This document shows positions 62,250 to 64,000 of a stretch of DNA of 64,000 nucleotides, one piece after another. A program made the position numbers and the translations under genes. Under the pieces are notes generated by a model, which was given only the letters and a program-made list of their open reading frames with translations, was not told where the DNA came from and did no database searches. Each line of letters starts with the position of its first letter. Within the stretch, counting starts at the first letter, position 1. Source of the stretch: Eledone cirrhosa (lineage: Eukaryota); assembly GCA_964016885.1 (NCBI GenBank), contig CAXHJY010000333.1:16070-80069 (forward strand), read 5' to 3'.

Positions 62250-63400
62250 AAAAATAACTAAATAAATGAAAGAAAGTGTGGAAGACGAGATAAGATAAGC
62301 AAAAATAAAATAAATATAATTGAAGGAAGATTTTGAAATGATAATAGAAATACATAGGTAGGAAAGAAAGAATAAATAAGAGGAGAATGGAAGGGTGGAG
62401 GAAAGAAAGAAAGAGAAAGTGCGTGAGAGAGAGAGGAGGGAAAGGGAAGATAATGGGGGGGGGGGCGAAGATAAAGTGAGGAGGAGGAAAGTAAGATAAA
62501 GTGTAAGAGAAAGAGATAGGGAGAGAGAGGGGGAGAAAGAAAAATACGGAAGATGAGAGAGAGGCGGAAAAAGGTAAGATAGAGAGGGGGAAGAAAGGAT
62601 GGTAGTGAGAGAGAGAGATGGGAGATAGAAAGATAGGGTGGTGGAAGAAATGAGGATTGAGAGGGAGAAAAGGAAGATAGAGAGAGAAGGGGAAAGGAAG
62701 GTAGAGAAAGTGAGGGAGAAGAAAGGAACATAAAGTGAGAGAATGGGGGGGGAGAAAGATAGTGGTGGGGGAAATGGAGATAGAGAGAAGGGGAGGAAAG
62801 GGAGTTAGAGAAAGAGAGAGGGGGCCTGGAAAGGGAGTTAGAGAAAGTGAGTGAGGGGGGGGGGGCATGATAAGTAAAAATGAATAAAAAGTAGAATGAA
62901 AATATAGATAGAAAGAAAAAAGAAAAATTGATGAAAGATAAGAGTGGAAGGGGGAAGGTAGATAGAGAAAGAACGAAAGAGTGGGGTGAGGTAGGAAAGA
63001 AAGAAAGAAGGGAGGGTAAACAAGATAAGTAAAATTAAAGATAAAAACTTTGAAGGAGGATTTGAAAAGAAAGAAAATTAATTTAAAGATGGGAGGAAGG
63101 GGGATCGATAGATGATAGAGAGATAGGGGGAGATAGATTGATAGAGTGGAGAGGAGGAATGAAAAACAAACTAGAAAGAAAAAAAGAAAATTGAAGAATG
63201 ATGGGAAGAGAACCAAAAAAAAATTAGTTTCAAAGAAAAAGGTGTGAAGTTAAAGGAGAGAAGGTGAAAGGGAAGGAAGGAAGGAGCGGAGGGAAGGAAG
63301 GAGAGAAGGAAAGTAGGAGGGAAGGAGCGATGGTAAGAGGGAAGGAAGGAGAGAAGGTTAAAGAGAAGGAAGCAAAGAGAGAAAGAATTAATCAAGAAAT
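62250..63400. repeat. Purine-rich (G/A) low-complexity tract
   Basis: Nearly C-free G/A sequence. Confidence 0.85.
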
Positions 63401-63559
63401 ATAGAGACCTGGCAACAACAACAACAATGACGACAGCGTAAATATAAAAGTGTTGAGAAATTGAAAAGACACCAGATCTGTAAAGAACATAAACTATAAA
63501 TATAATAGGTAGGTATAAGATATACGGGTGTATATCTTATACCTATCTTTCTCTGACTC

Positions 63560-64000
63560 TCTTTCTCTCCCCTCTTTCCTATCACTCTCTTTCCCTCACT
63601 CTCTTTCCCTCGCTCTCTTTCCCTCGCTCTCTTTCCCTCGCTCTCTTTCCCTCGCTCTCTTTCCCTCGCTCTCTTTCCCTGCTCTCTTTCCCTCGCTCTC
63701 TTTCCTCTCACTCTCTTTCCTCTCACTCTCTTTCCTCTCACTCTCTTTCCACTCACTCCCTTTCCATTCACTCTCTTTCCACTCACTCTCTTTCCACTCA
63801 CTCTCTTTCCACTCACTCTCTTTCCCTCGCTCCCTTTCCTCTCACTCTCTTTCTCTCGCTCTCTTTCCCTCGCTCTCTTTCCCTCGCTTTCTTTCCCTCG
63901 CTCTCTTTCCCTCGCTCTCCTTCCCTCGCTCTCTTTCCCTCATTCTCTTTCCTCTCACTCTCTTTCCCTCGCTCTCTTTCTTCTCACTCTCTTTCCCTCG
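63560..64000. repeat. 14-15-bp pyrimidine minisatellite ctctttccctcgct
   Basis: Directly visible, runs to the window end. Confidence 0.95.

Overview
Eukaryotic, very AT-rich, repeat-saturated non-genic DNA. The kb-scale (TA)n arrays and the dominant tRNA-derived SINE suggest an octopus/cephalopod genome (inference). No host gene can be supported; nearly all ORF-track entries are microsatellite artefacts. Real coding remnants are retroelements: two Penelope-like elements (PLEs; RT plus C-terminal GIY-YIG) at ~27.7-30.2 kb and ~45.5-51.9 kb, a CR1/L2-group LINE (52.6-54.4 kb) and RTE-group LINE fragments. Also present are many SINEs, a non-autonomous Helitron, two TA-flanked TIR elements, a probable LTR+PBS and several minisatellites. 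The most striking signal is about 20 short insertions from about 8 sequence families, mostly inside (TA)n. Most share one asymmetric fold-back architecture: [inverted arm][spacer][direct arm + extra tail]. The arms carry minimal type-I hammerhead ribozyme (HHR) motifs, often with a palindromic helix III, including non-canonical cores (U4A; U3-A8). The larger PLE also shows a coiled-coil ORF1 overlapping the RT ORF in the -1 frame, with an in-frame U_UUU_UUA slippery site. All structures were paired by eye; no folding or database searches were run, and boundaries are approximate.
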